From: Octopus vulgaris
Taxonomy: Eukaryota
Assembly: GCA_951406725.2 (NCBI GenBank)
Contig: OX597819.1
Coordinates: 58,404,001-58,468,000 of the forward strand
Direction of reading: 5' to 3'
Length of the DNA stretch: 64,000 bases
The translations under genes and the position numbers were made by a program. The notes beneath the pieces are model-generated. The model made no database searches, was not told the origin of the DNA, and saw nothing but the letters and a program-made list of their open reading frames with translations. Below, piece after piece: positions 44,520 to 58,139 of the stretch; the first letter of the stretch is position 1, and each line of letters opens with the position of its first letter.

Positions 44520-45500
44520 CATTTTGCCCGGCGTGCTAACGATTTTGCCAGCACGCCACCATCAGCTATATTAATATTGCTTTCAGGTTTTGGTACAAGG
44601 CCAACAATTTCGGTGAGGTGGGGGGGGGGGGGGGTAAGTCGATTATAGCATCTCCATAACTCAACTACTACTCATTTTATCGACCCCGAAAGGATGAAAG
44701 GCAAAGTCGACCAGCTATGTTAATATTCTTTTCTACTCTAGGCATAACGCCCGAAATTTTGGGAGAGCGGCCAGTCAATTAGATCAACTCCTGTACGCAA
44801 CTGGTACTTAGTTTATCGATCCCGAAAAGATGAAAGGCAACGTCGACCTCGGCGGAATTTGAACTCAGAACGTAACGGCAGACGAAATACCTATTTCTTT
44901 TCTACTCACAAGGGACTAAACACAGAGAGGACAAACAAGGACAGACAAACGGATTAAGTCGATTATATCGACCCCAGTGCGTAACTGGTACTTATTTAAT
45001 CGACCCCGAAAGGATGAAAGGCAAAGTCGACCTCGGCGAAATTTGAACTCAGACCGTAGCGGCAAACGAAATACCGCTAAGCATTTCGCCCGGCGTACTA
45101 ACGATTCTGCCAGCTCACCGTCTTCCAGCTATGTTAATATTAACAATGAATCTAAATATTTGTTGCTTTAGCCTTGTTTATCTAGACATAGTGTAAGTCT
45201 GCATTATCTAATGACTTGATATACTATAACGTTTATAATAATGAATATTTGCTATAATTTAACTACAATATTGCTTTAGTACTAAGGTGGCGAACTGGCA
45301 GAATCGTTAGCACGCCGGGCGAAATGTTTAGCGGTATTTCGTCTGTCTTTACATTCTGAGTTCAGATTCCGCCGAGGTCGACTTTGCCTTTCATCCTTTC
45401 GGGGTTGATAAATTAATTACCATTTGCGTATTAGGGTCGATCTAATCGACTGGCCCCCTCCTCAAAAATTTTGAGCCTTGTGCCTAGAATAGGAAAGAAT
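44520..45500. mobile_element. Cluster of SINE family B copies (minus dimer 44725-45122, plus monomer 45285-45500)
   Basis: Matches the family B consensus. Confidence 0.8.
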
Positions 45501-47220
45501 AATACTGGGTTACTTTGAGTAATAATATGGAGGATATTTATAACATCTTGTTTTTGTTAACAACATTGAAACTTATTCCAACAACCAACTCTTGTTGATA
45601 ATAATAGGAGACTAAAAAGATAGATAAAGTGATGCATACCTAATTTCTTCTGCCATCCATCTTCCAAACACACTATTCTTGAGAGGTTCATGGAAAACAG
45701 TGTTCTCAAACCCGCCTACAGAAGTTTCTATCAGAAACAATCCCAGCCAGTGCTCTGGCTTGATTCGTAAGCGAGACAAAACGAAGCTGTGGATGTTATC
45801 TACCCAACCCACTCGGAGTCTATTTCTCTGTGTCCTACCTGTTGATCGTGCCCGTAAAATTTGTCCTAGATTTCTTTCATTAATCTAACCCCATACTCGT
45901 AGTACGGAGCTGTGAGCTCGCAATGCAAAGATGCAGTAGCCCGACCTCAAGTGACACCCAGCTGATTTCCGAGCTACGAACCCTATCGTGTAATGTTACT
46001 TCTATGACTCTTCGGAGGAGCCTATTTCAACCACTTTTATTGATGATCGCTAAGAAACAGAATTAAAGATAGCAACTTTTTCATTTACCACCTTTCTTTT
46101 GATGAGCAAGAGCAGAAACCGGCGTATTGTAGCATCAGAGCCAGAAATTCTTACATTCAATCCAGCCCCTACCTTCTAACACTCTTGCAAAAAACCCTGA
46201 GACATCTGAACATTTCCACCTGCTTCAGTGTCGCTTAAATAGCATGCAAAATGCACTTGGAAGACTTTCTCAAGAAGGCCATTATCTGAAAACAACTGTT
46301 TTCATTCCTTCTTCACAATACTTGGCAACGAACCAATCTAGTGCGCCCTGAAGATCAATTTCTGACGAGCTTAACAGTTCTACGTCGTTCACAAATAGTT
46401 GCCGGCTGATTCTACATTTACAGATTTTAATACAAAAATTTTGTTAACAATAAAATGGAGACTACATCTCTCAGCCAGCTCTTGTTAACATGGCGACTAT
46501 ATTTCTAACACCCAACACTTGTTAACGATAACATGTAGACTACTTCTAACATTCATTTCTTATTAACAGGTTATATATAACATCTGTCTGCTAAAGATAA
46601 CAGAATGACTATTTAATACAGTGGGTTCATGTTAACAATAACATACAGTCTATTTATGACATTCTAACTCCTGAGAAATATAACACATTTTATAATTACT
46701 ACTCCCATCCCTTCTTGAAAAAAAATACTGAGACTATTCATAAACAACCAGCTCCTGCTATAAATAACTTCAATATTGATTTAGCAGCAATTGCTGTTGC
46801 TACAAAAATATAGAGGCTCTCTCTAACACCTGTCATGTGCTGAAGATCACAGGCACAACATTTATAACTCTTGTTTTATATAATATAATGACTTTACAAC
46901 ATCGAACTCTTACTAAAATTAACGTAGCTGCAATAACACTTAGATACTGTTAACAGAAACATGGACACTATTTATAACATCAAAACGTCGTTAACAATAG
47001 CATGGTGGCCCTAATACTCAGCTCCAGAGATTATTCCCGACAACCAATATCTTTCTTAAAATGACATTGATATATTCATAACACCCAGAAACAGCTAAAA
47101 ACAAATATCTCCTGCTGAAATAATAGTTGGAGATTATTTAAAACAACAGTCTCCTTATGAATGTTACAAGGTGATTCTATCAGCCAGTTGCTATGGAATA
47201 ATTGAGAAGCTATTTCTGCC
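45495..47220. repeat. Highly degenerate ~40-bp minisatellite, interrupted at ~45615-46410
   Basis: Recurring approximate unit CTCTTGTTAACAATAACATGGAGACTATTT.TAACA.C. Confidence 0.6.
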
Positions 47221-48025
47221 TAAATCGGCGATAACTAAAGAGTGCTGTGATTAAGATAAGTTCTACGACAAAAAAGGTAAATCCACTTGAAAGTTTCTTA
47301 GATAGAAAGTTACTAAAAAAAATTGTTTGCAAGCAAATGTGTCTTTAAAAAGTTCGGTTAATTGTATTTATTGAAAAAAAATCATGAGATGCATGTAGCT
47401 GGATGTATAACTGTTGTCATTCAGTACAAAACTCTCACTGCTTAAAGTATATAATTAGTTAAGTTAGTGTTAACATAGTTAATGTAGGGAGTGTTAAAAA
47501 GCTAATTAAAACTAATTGTTTTTAAGAAAAATATATCAACCAAAGGTTAATGTTATTTTAATTATCTCAGAGACAAACACAGGAGAGAAATCTGTATATG
47601 TTTCGTTCTTATTATTTCCTTATAGAAGCATAGATATTACATTTAAGCTGAAACAGTGATAAAAGATAAAGGCATGAATAATAAAATCCTGAAAGTATTC
47701 ACTAGATGGTTTAGTAATATGCAACTGTATAAAAGAGTAAGTCAAAAATCCTGCTTGCAAAAATTCAATAGTTAAGAGTGTTAACATATCAAATGACAAG
47801 AAAATTTAAAAGCAAAGCCTGTCAAATTATAGTTATGACACCTCATACTTAAAAATCATAGTAATCAAAATTAAAGTTATTAGAACAATGAAGACAGTAA
47901 AGAAAATATCCAAAAAATTCCGTAATTCCAGTGGTTATAATCATTCAGGATAGAATTTAATCAGTCTATTATGGCAGAACCACATTTATTAAAAATCTAA
48001 AACAAAACAACAACAAAAAAACATT

Positions 48026-48097
48026 TGACCCCGACGTGATTCGAACACGCAGCCTTCTGATCTGGAGTCAGACGCGCTACCGTTGCGCCACAGGGCC
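48026..48097 (-). tRNA. trnW-CCA: tRNA-Trp(CCA), major sequence
   Basis: Exact reverse complement of 37929-38000; T7 terminator just downstream. Confidence 0.97.
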
Positions 48098-48548
48098 GGG
48101 TTGAACGAAGTAAGCAAATTTTAATATGTTACATCTACAGAAATCTCAGATCTCATTTTTGACTTTAGATGTAACCAGGAGTGTCATAATTGATTTTCAG
48201 CAGTGTCACTAATCTGACAACATTGAATAAGAGTTTAAGAGAACGTAATTTATCGCTTCGTCGTAAATTCGAGCTTGGAGTCAATTACGTCAACAACTTC
48301 CCCAAGATCTTAACGAGCGAACGAGAATAATGTCTAATGATCACACGATATTTTAGACATAACAGATAACCTGCTTTCCTATCACTCGCAGCTATCTAAA
48401 AAACAAAATAAAGAAGAACGCATTCGACAATAAATGTCTTGAATATACAAAAAAGACAAGGTCGTGACTGCAACTTCTTATATCATAGGCCTGTTCAAAA
48501 GAAGCTGAATTGGGACCGTAACAACAATACAAAATCTCTCGCGTGTAT

Positions 48549-49687
48549 AGAACACAACATGTTGTAGTTGATGGAGTCCACTCAAACCCAGCAAAAGTCA
48601 CCAGCGGTGTTCCCCAGGGAACTGTTTTGGGTCCGCTACTCTTCATAATTTACGTAAACGACCTTTCCAGTGTCGTACATTACTGCAAAGTGAAAATATT
48701 TACTGATGACACTAAGCTCCAGCAAATCGTCAATGAAGAAGCAGACCGAACTCAACTCCAGTCTGATCTATATGCTGTGAGTCAATGGGCAGACAGAAAC
48801 AAAATGCAACTGAATGAGGGAAAATTTGAGCTGATGCATTTTGGAAGAAATTCCTCACTAAAACAACCATACTCTCTTCCTTCAGGGGAACCGCTCACAG
48901 CCTCTAACTATCAGAGACCTGGGTGTAATTGTTGATGACGATCTCAGTTGGAGTGCACACATCAACAAGAAGGTCGATATAGCTCGTAGGATGAGTTCCT
49001 GGATCTTAAGAACTTTCCGGTCCAGAGAACACGGTGTCATCATACCACTTTTTTCCTCCTTTGTACGGCCACACCTTGAATACTGCTGCCCACTGTGGTC
49101 TCCTCACACAAGACAAAACATCTCCAGAATTGAGTCACCCCAGAGGGCACTCACTAAACAAATTGAAGGCATGGCTGCTCTCGATTATTGGGATTGCCTT
49201 AAAGCCTTGAAACTTTACTCCCTCCAGCGTCGCCGTGAGCGGTACATCATTTGTACGATGTGGAAAATATACCGCCAACTTTGCCCAAACGACCTAAACA
49301 TTAGCTTCAAGGTTCATCCAAGACTTGGACCACGGGCTATACGTCCCCTGCCCAATTCAAGATCACAACATGCATGTACACTGCAACATAATTTCTTTTC
49401 CTCAACAGGCCCTGCCCTATTTAACATTGTCCCGAGGGAGATCAAAGAGGAAAAGGATCCCATCAACTTTAAACAGAGTCTGGATAGATTCCTTCAAAGA
49501 ATACCAGATAAGCCACCCATAATTGGATACAACTCACCCAACAAGAACTCACTACTTGAACAAAACTTGACTTAAACAAAACTTGACTTAAACAGGATTC
49601 GAATAATCCTATCAGGTGGTGCTATTAAGTTAGACATGGCCTGGACCAATCTTTGGTCGAAACATATCTAAGTTTATCTAAGTTTAT
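48549..49687 (+). mobile_element. CR1/L2-group LINE (Crack/Daphne-like), 5'-truncated, frameshifted
   Basis: VTSGVPQGTVLGPLLFIIYVND, IFTDDTKL, FVRPHLEYCCPLWSP, LYSLQRRRERY; 3' tail (TATCTAAGTT)x2. Confidence 0.9.
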
Positions 49688-50019
49688 ACCAATCAGATGA
49701 CCAGTATGAAGAATCTTTCATCTTTCCTCTGTCACTTGGACTGCAGCCATGGTGGGGAATTGCCTTAAAGGGGTTTTAGTCGAACGAATCAACCCCAGTG
49801 CTTTTTATTTAAAGCTCGATACTTATTCTATCGGTTTCTTTTGCTGAACTGCTAAGTTGCGGATTTATAGCATAGCTACCACTCGAAGGACATAGACCCT
49901 CCAAGAATGGACATTTGCAAGTCCATGTACGAGGGAAGATTGAGAGAAGGGATTATAATTCCTTCTTCTTCGAAAGGTAAACCACATTTCATGGTTTCGC
50001 TCACAGATTTATCCGCTCG

Positions 50020-50270
50020 GAGTGAAGAGAAACAGTAGGATATTTAAATTTTTGTGGCCTCGGATCGGATTGTAAGCAAGGTCGCTTTCTTAATGACCTC
50101 AGGCCACACAGACTGGATGTGATAGTGACCACAGAGACCAGACTGAATAGGTTGCGGGACTTTTCCCCACTCCTGAACTCCATGCCAACCGAGTGGGGTG
50201 GGGGTAATGGTGTCGCGATCCTACTCAGGCTTCACTCTGCGTGTTTTAGCTTCGTTACTATGGCAACAGT
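50020..50270 (+). pseudogene. L1/Tx1-type apurinic endonuclease N-terminal fragment
   Basis: VGYLNFCGLGS..KQ..FLNDLR...LDVIVTTETRL...GGGNGVAILLR. Confidence 0.6.
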
Positions 50271-50317
50271 CCGGATATATATTGATCAGACCACGTATAT
50301 ATACACACACATATCCC

Positions 50318-50384
<67 letters not shown>

Positions 50385-50850
50385 ACAGAGAGAAAAAGTG
50401 TATAAAACTGATAATTGCTTTAAAAATTTGAATAACTTATAACTTCCCTTAGGTGATATAAGGCTAAAATTTATATTGAATTCTTTTTCTATCTGGTATG
50501 AAATAATCTTGCTCAATTAGATTTAAAAGGTTTTCATTAGATAGAAAATGTGTTCTGAAGCAAAAGCGACGATAAAGGCACTGATATCAATTCTTGACTA
50601 TTATTTCTAACGTTTCGAGTTCCTTCTCACTGGATACTAGGATTTTGGCAAGTATGTTGACGGGGCGAGCGGTAACTTGTCAAACAACTTCAAGAACTAC
50701 GAACTGGAGTTGAAGGTTGTAGGCTGTTTGTATAAGCACTGAATCAATGTTTTCAGATAAATCACAGCGCCAGTTATGACATTACGGAAGTCATAGTTCT
50801 CAGATGTCAATATGAATAATACATTAAAACGTAGCTACCGAGCAGGAATT

Positions 50851-50922
50851 GGCCCTGTGGCGCAACGGTAGCGCGTCTGACTCCAGATCAGAAGGCTGCG
50901 TGTTCGAATCACGTCGGGGTCA
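50851..50922 (+). tRNA. trnW-CCA: tRNA-Trp(CCA), major sequence
   Basis: Identical to 37929-38000; T5 at +5. Confidence 0.97.
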
Positions 50923-51439
50923 TAAGTTTTTATTGGAATTTTTATTTTTCTATAAAATGTGTTTACTGTAATTACAATTAAGTTCATTATCTATCGAATG
51001 CGAATTCTATGAAAACCTGCAGGTATTCGCCGACGATAATTCTCTGCTTTCACTTGGATGCATTCTGGCGAACGTGCCGTTTAGATTTTTCTTCATGGAA
51101 TCAATAATTGTTCATGCTATCCAACCATAGATTCAACTTTATGGTTCAATTACAGTTCTGAAGAAGTCTATTTTAGGTTTCGGCAGAAGATATTTTATCC
51201 AACCAGTTAACTGCACCTCATGGATATGTAAATCCTGATTTCTATATCACTACTGGGTTTCTAGATGTGACTTTAAGATATTCCTAGTTGTCTGCGATTT
51301 TTTTCTTATTTCTTTCCCATTCAGAGAGTACGAAGTTTCAGCTTCATCTTGGTTATAAGAACTTTTTCTCTTGAGCATGTGAAAGAATCATATGATCACT
51401 GAGTCGAGAAAATCTGCAACTGCAATTTTCTAACAACAG

Positions 51440-51990
51440 GTTATCTATTAAGCCTTTTTTGTAAAAGAGTGAAACCTCGGGACGTAGGTACTTGGAAAGA
51501 AGGTTGTATGATACCTGCCCTAGAAAGGAGGCTTAGATTATTCAAAGAGCTATCTGGAAATACATTAATTGAAATTGCTGTTAAAATCTACAGCTTGATG
51601 CTTCTAAAACGAAACAGATCCAAGGATGAGAAAATTCTTTGCAAGAATCAGAACATCTTTCTTGCAAATAGATTAACAATAGGACAAATGCTTACTTTTA
51701 GACAAATCATTGAAGGTGTGAAGGAAAAGAATATACCAGCTGTTCGACGTTTCATAGATTTCACAAAAGCCTTCAATTTGATCCTTTGAAGAAATATAAG
51801 AGATTTATTGCTAGCTTATAATATTCTTGAAGAAACTGTGGGTGTCATAATGCTGTCATATCAGAACACTAAAGCTAAACTTTAGTTCCACAGACGGTGA
51901 CACTGATGTCTTTCAGATTACTGCCAGAGTGCTACAAGGCGATATCCTCGCACGGTGTCTTTTCAACATATGCCTTAACTATGTACGAAA
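51440..51990 (+). pseudogene. RTE-clade LINE reverse transcriptase fragment
   Basis: WKEGCMIP...IAVKIY..LL.R...NQN.F...R.TIGQMLTFRQIIEGVKEKNIPA...FIDFTKAF, followed by GVLQGD in another frame. Confidence 0.75.
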
Positions 51991-52467
51991 GGAAAGCAAG
52001 TTACTTAGAAGACGATAAAGTTAGTAATAGAGAAAAAAAAGCTAGGTTTGACCGACCAGATTCTTATTTAAATGGTGAAGTTTCGTCCTGCTCTGTCTGG
52101 TATGAATAATTTTACTAAATTGCACTTGAAAAGTGAGAAATGTCTTCTGAGTGAAATACTAGCATAAACGTACCGAGATTAATTCTTGGTTATTTTGTGA
52201 CAGAGATTTGGCTGTAATTTCTAACTAATTAAGTTTCCTCTCGATGGGTAGTATGATTTTAGTAAGAAATGCTGACGTAATCAACGGCAGATTATCAAAT
52301 TTCAGCTTAAAACAGTGCGAGCTGGAGTTCATTGCAGATTGCAAGCTGATCTTATAAACACCGAATCAATGTGGTCAGATTAGTCATTGAGCTATAAATC
52401 ATCTCTGACATGGTACTATGATTTCCCTAGAGATAATATAGTAGAATGTGACGCGGAGAGATCAGTT

Positions 52468-52539
52468 GGCCCTGTGGCACAACGGTAGCACGTCTGACTC
52501 CAGCTCAGAAGTCTGCGTATTCAAATCACGTCGGGGTCA
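52468..52539 (+). pseudogene. trnW-CCA: tRNA-Trp(CCA) probable pseudogene
   Basis: Six substitutions relative to the major sequence. Two create D-stem mismatches, and GTTC>ATTC damages the B-box and T-stem. Confidence 0.8.
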
Positions 52540-52581
52540 GGCATTTTATTTTTAATTTGTAATGTTTATTATATGCACCAC

Positions 52582-52630
<49 letters not shown>

Positions 52631-52924
52631 TCCTTTCAATTGTAGACACAAGGCCTGAAGTTTATTTTTGTTGGTGGCGGTTAGTCGATTATATCGACCC
52701 CAGTTCTTGACAAGTATTTATTTTATCGATCCGAAGGGATGAAATGCAAAGACGATCTCGGCAGAATTTGCACTCAGAATGTAAAAATAATCCTTTCTAC
52801 TCAAGGCTCAAGGCCTGGAATTTTGGGGAAGGGCGAAAGTTGATTGCACTGACCCCATTGCTCGTATTTATTTCATCGACACTGAAAGAATGAAAGGCCA
52901 AGACAACGTTGACATAATTTGACG

Positions 52925-52992
<68 letters not shown>

Positions 52993-53059
52993 GAGCACTC
53001 AGAGAGCGCAAACGTCCGCCAAGGCAACACCAACGTGTTTGATCGAGTTTTATCTGAAA

Positions 53060-53309
53060 TCCAAATGGTCAGTACACATTACTCCATAAGGTGCATAGGA
53101 TCAGCTTCCCGATTTCTCTGGCGCATGTATTACCTCCTGGACGGGACGCCTGTCCGTTGCAGGTCTACTAAGTTTTACCAGCTGAGCGAACTGGGGCAAA
53201 GTGAAATGAAGTGTTTTGCTCAAAGACACAACTCGTCACTCGGTCCAGGAATCAAAACCACAATCTTACGATCATGAGTCGAACACCCTAACCACTAAGC
53301 CATGCGCCT
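53060..53309 (-). mobile_element. tRNA-derived SINE with Meta/V-like 3' domain
   Basis: Minus strand GGCGCATGGCTTAGTGGTTAGGGTG...GCGTCCCGTCCAGG...GAAATCGGGAAGCTG; tail related to 61079-61395. Confidence 0.65.
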
Positions 53310-53722
53310 CTGAATAGTGACTGGAAATTTTATTCCCTGTCTGGTAAGAACGATTTTACTGAATTGTAATAAAAAGGGGGATTTCAACAGATACATGTGT
53401 TCTGAAGTAAAATGCAAATATAGATACACCGAAATTGATTCGTGGGTGGTTTCCGTTTCTAACGTATCAGTTTTCCCCTCCTTGGGTTGTATGATTTTCC
53501 TTAGAATGTCCACTTAAACAACAATAGTTCTTTTAAACTTCAGCTTAAAGCACAGCGCGTTTGAATTGCTTAAAGGTTGCAACTGTTCCAATAAACATTG
53601 ATTCAATGTGGACAGATTAACAATGGAGCTATAAATCAGCTATAGCATAATTAAAGTCAAACATAGTGGTTGAGATTTCAGTAGAGATGATAATGAAAAA
53701 TAGTGCTCATAGAACAACAATT

Positions 53723-53794
53723 GGCCCTGTGGCGCAACGGTAGCGCGTCTGACTCCAGATCAGAAGGCTGCGTGTTCGAATCACGTCGGGGTCA
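53723..53794 (+). tRNA. trnW-CCA: tRNA-Trp(CCA), major sequence
   Basis: Identical to 50851-50922; about 45 bp of 3' flank is also shared with that copy. Confidence 0.97.
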
Positions 53795-54618
53795 TATGTT
53801 TTTATTGGAATTTTTATTTTTCTATAAAATGTGTTTACCATTCCTTCATAGTCAGCCTATAAACTTTCCGCCCACCCTCATATAACACCTTTTAGATAAG
53901 TTTTAGCGGGTATCAATTGCTATTAGATACTGTGTCGTGTGATATTTATTATATATATATCTCATAGAAATGACTCTGATCCAACTAGAGGGTCTCTCCT
54001 GGTTCTCTGATCTGACGAAAATTCGAGATAAATCTCCATCGGGTCAAATATTAGATCTCGTGGACCAGATGAAACCCTATTCATGATGAATGCCAAAGTA
54101 AGTGGATACAGCGGTCAGTCATATTTTTTTAAACAAGAAATGAAAAAAAAAACTGAAGTGTTGGCAAAATCTACATGCAGAATTTTGTGAGAAAACTCAT
54201 CCACACAATGTATTCAGTCCATAGAGTGTAAAAGGAGATAGATATTGCCCAAATGAATGCATATGGTTCGTGAGAAGACAATGCTGGAGGGAAAAACCGA
54301 CACATTTCAACTGCAATTCTATTCAGTATCGTTTACATCTATTAGGACGCATAATGATGGAAAAAATCTCACGCAGACTTTCGCTTGGCTTGTTATGTAT
54401 AGATAAAGTGAAGGGGAAATATATCACATCTTTTACTATATGGATTCATTTGCTTCTTTTTGATTGATGAGATAACAAAATAAACTCTTAGTTACAATGC
54501 TTTCACTAATCGGGGACGGTGTTAATCATATTTCTAATCGGGCTTCGACTTTGAACACAGGGTAACGATATATATTCTACGAAATAATTTAGATTTGAAA
54601 CTAATAATTTTTTATTCA

Positions 54619-54939
54619 AATCACCATTTGACGCAGTTTTCTGCATGTCCAGTGGGGTAAAACTTTCGGCCCGTGATCTATGATAATATTCATTTCTACT
54701 CCAATCTACTTGACTTTATGTCAAGTAGATTGGAGTAGAAATGAATATTATCATAGATCACGGGCCGAAACTTGACATAAAGTCAAGTAGATTGGAGTAG
54801 AAATGAATATTATCATAGATCACGGGCCGAAACTTGACATAAAGTCAAGTAGATTGGAGTAGAAATGAATATTATCATAGATCACGGGCCGAAAGTTTTA
54901 CCCCACTGGACATGCAGAAAACTGCGTCAAATGGTGATT
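54619..54939. repeat. Inverted repeat with three internal 62-bp tandem units and flip/flop hairpin loops
   Basis: Left arm 54619-54714 is the reverse complement of 54844-54939. Units start at 54720, 54782 and 54844; loops are TTTAT versus ATAAA. Confidence 0.95.
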
Positions 54940-55589
54940 ATTCTATTTGTATCATTAATTATGATGTCGCAGACAAGACACTACGTCCAGATAATGTGGT
55001 AAAAAACGAGGCTAAGATGAAGTCGGCAACTTTACTGGGAAGAGTTATCCATTATCATTGGATTGTTTGTAATATTATTAAATGTGGTAAAATAGAAAGC
55101 AAAATTAAGCTCGGCACGCCTTGCACTCAGAATCTAGAAGGGTGACAGCTGAATGCTGTAAGACATTTAATCCATCAGACTGCCGCATAATATTAATTAA
55201 CCACTGTTTAATTAATCACAAAGCTTTGAATACGGCGTAGACGTGGCTGTGTGGTAAGAGGCTTGCTTCCCAATCATATGGTTTCGGGTTCAGTCCCACT
55301 GAGTGATACCTTTTGGCAAGTGTTTTCTACTATTGCCCCGTCCCGACCAAAGCCTTGAGTGCATTTGGTAGACAGAAACTGAAAGAAGCCTGTCGTATAT
55401 ATGTATATATCCTTTAAATTCGTTTACGGGAAACGTTTTTGAATATGCATATGAAAGGTTGTATTTTATTATGCCAGTTACAGCTTATTAAAGATACCAA
55501 CTGTCAATAGACATTTTGGGGGCTGTACCGAGCTGTACCGACATAGTGTAGGATAAATATTGTAATAATATAGATACAATAAATATGGA

Positions 55590-56029
<440 letters not shown>

Positions 56030-56289
56030 CAGCACCGACCACATATTCCAATCAATCGTTTCATCGGTCAAAATTGATAAATGACCTTCTGTTGCATGTC
56101 CGCCGCTCCTAAAGTTACTGCCATATCGCCTGAGGAAATGAAAACATGAATATAACCCACCCGATGTCAATGAATACTATGGACTGCACTGTAATCGTCT
56201 TAGGGATACGGACTATGATCGTAAGAAACATGCAATTTGTGGAAACGCGCGTAGCCATGCATTAAAATATTTATTAATTCCTTCAATTG

Positions 56290-56373
<84 letters not shown>

Positions 56374-56499
56374 GAGTGAGAGAGCAGCGCATACCATCAA
56401 AGTGACACTGGGGTAAAATATACGAAGCCCATTACACCCATCATGACTACCCGTCTGATAAGGGTACACTAGACACATGCTTCACAACCATATGTGCGC
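56374..56499 (-). mobile_element. Truncated copy of the 2847-3403 element with (AAT)n tail
   Basis: Reverse complement of ~3280-3403. Confidence 0.75.
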
Positions 56500-57174
56500 A
56501 TAAATTGTCAAGTAAATGAGAGGCATCTTTGCCTCCACTGATTCAGTTGAAAAATGTTGAGTAAAGTTATTTGATTGCAGACCTTTCAGTCTTTTTATTA
56601 TCACTCGGTCACACATAATCCCCAGATGGTAACATTGATTTCAAGGCCTTCCCAGATGTGTAACTGGTTATTCAAAGACATTTATAGATTGTAAATTTAT
56701 TCTGTCCAGTTACATATCTGTATAGTGGTCATTTGCAAACTCCAACTTTCATTTCTCCTTAGCCCTCACGTCACACAGTTGTTAATGTTTATTTCAGTTG
56801 GGTCATGCCCTTTCAATTGCTATATATTCGTAATGCATCTTACGGCTGTGCCTGTCACCTGGATGGTGAGGAATCCTACATTGGGAGTGGTAACGACTAG
56901 GGTAGGGTAACTGACTGCTTATTGTGATCATTCGTCTTTTGGTTTCCTGTAACTTTGCTCTCTTTTACAAACCCAGTGAACATATATTTCCTATTTCAAA
57001 GAAATTCAAACAATAGATATAAGACCCAAGTTAAAAAGATTTTCAACAATTCAACTTCTCTGGTTGACATTAAGATGCCCACCCCCAACAGGGGTCTTAA
57101 CTCTCACATTTTAGAGCTCCATGGCCTTCATTTTTCAGGAGCAAAATCTTTTTAACAGGTTCAGTAAAACTGGA

Positions 57175-57384
57175 ATTTTGGAATATGCGCATAAAAATCA
57201 GTAGTATGGGATATATGTGGCACGATTACAATTTTTTGGGTGTGTGTAAAGAGGGAAATAACCCTGATCTGCAATTTTGATGAAATTCGAAACATAGATA
57301 TTCCAGTTCATTAGAAAAAATATAACAGAAAAGTCTAATTCTTCAATTGTATGTAACTCGGGCAACGCCGGCTATCTCTGCTAG
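57175..57384 (+). mobile_element. Non-autonomous Helitron-like 3' end
   Basis: GC-rich hairpin CGGGCAACGCCGG about 10 nt before CTAG|T; 5' boundary uncertain. Confidence 0.5.
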
Positions 57385-57499
57385 TATGTTATAAAAATCA
57401 CATAATCCAGGAAGGATTAGATAAGGAATGAAGCTAATTGTAATAAATGAAGATTCGTTCTTTAGTTGTAAAAAATGTAATAAAAGTCAAAATTTTATG

Positions 57500-57571
57500 T
57501 GACCCCGACGTGATTCGAACACGCAGCCTTCTGATCTGGAGTCAGACGCGCTACCGTTGCGCCACAGGGCC
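57500..57571 (-). tRNA. trnW-CCA: tRNA-Trp(CCA), major sequence
   Basis: Exact reverse complement of the major sequence; T4 runs downstream. Confidence 0.97.
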
Positions 57572-58139
57572 AGCTGGTACAAGGCTTCGATATTTTACCA
57601 TATTACCTCAGAGAAATGTTTTGAATAATTTATAACATGACTAATCTGATAACATCGAATGAATGTTAAAAAACAGCAACGTGTAATATAACAAGCTCGG
57701 TGTAATTCGATCTTGCAATTCTTTAAGCTGGACTTTAACAACAGGCCACCCGTTGTGTCAACAATCTCTCCGAGTCACACCAAGCAATCAAACGATGCTC
57801 TAAATATGGGCTCGACATGTTAAAAATAACAGCTGAACATCTATCACATCACTTATCTTAAGTATGAACACAAATGTTTATTCTTTTCTACTCTAGGAAC
57901 AAGGCCCGAAATTTTTGAGGAGTGGTCCAGTCGATTAGATCTACCCCAATACGTAACTGGTACTTAATTTATCGACCCCGAAAGGATGAAAGGCAAAGTC
58001 GACCTCGATGGAATTTGAACTCTGAACATAAAGACAAACGAAATAAAAATGTGTTGATTCTTAACATAAGTATTAATTCATTTGAATGATCACGTATGAA
58101 ACATCTTTGGCTAAAGGTCACTACTAACTTGGTCTAAAC

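Noticed and set aside
45615-46410. Possible RTE LINE C-terminal relic (GRTQRNRLRVGWVDNI, minus strand)
   Set aside because: Only one short motif; too degenerate to call.
54720-54900. Regularly spaced repeats resembling a CRISPR array
   Set aside because: Units are fully identical with no unique spacers, no cas genes are present, and the context is eukaryotic.
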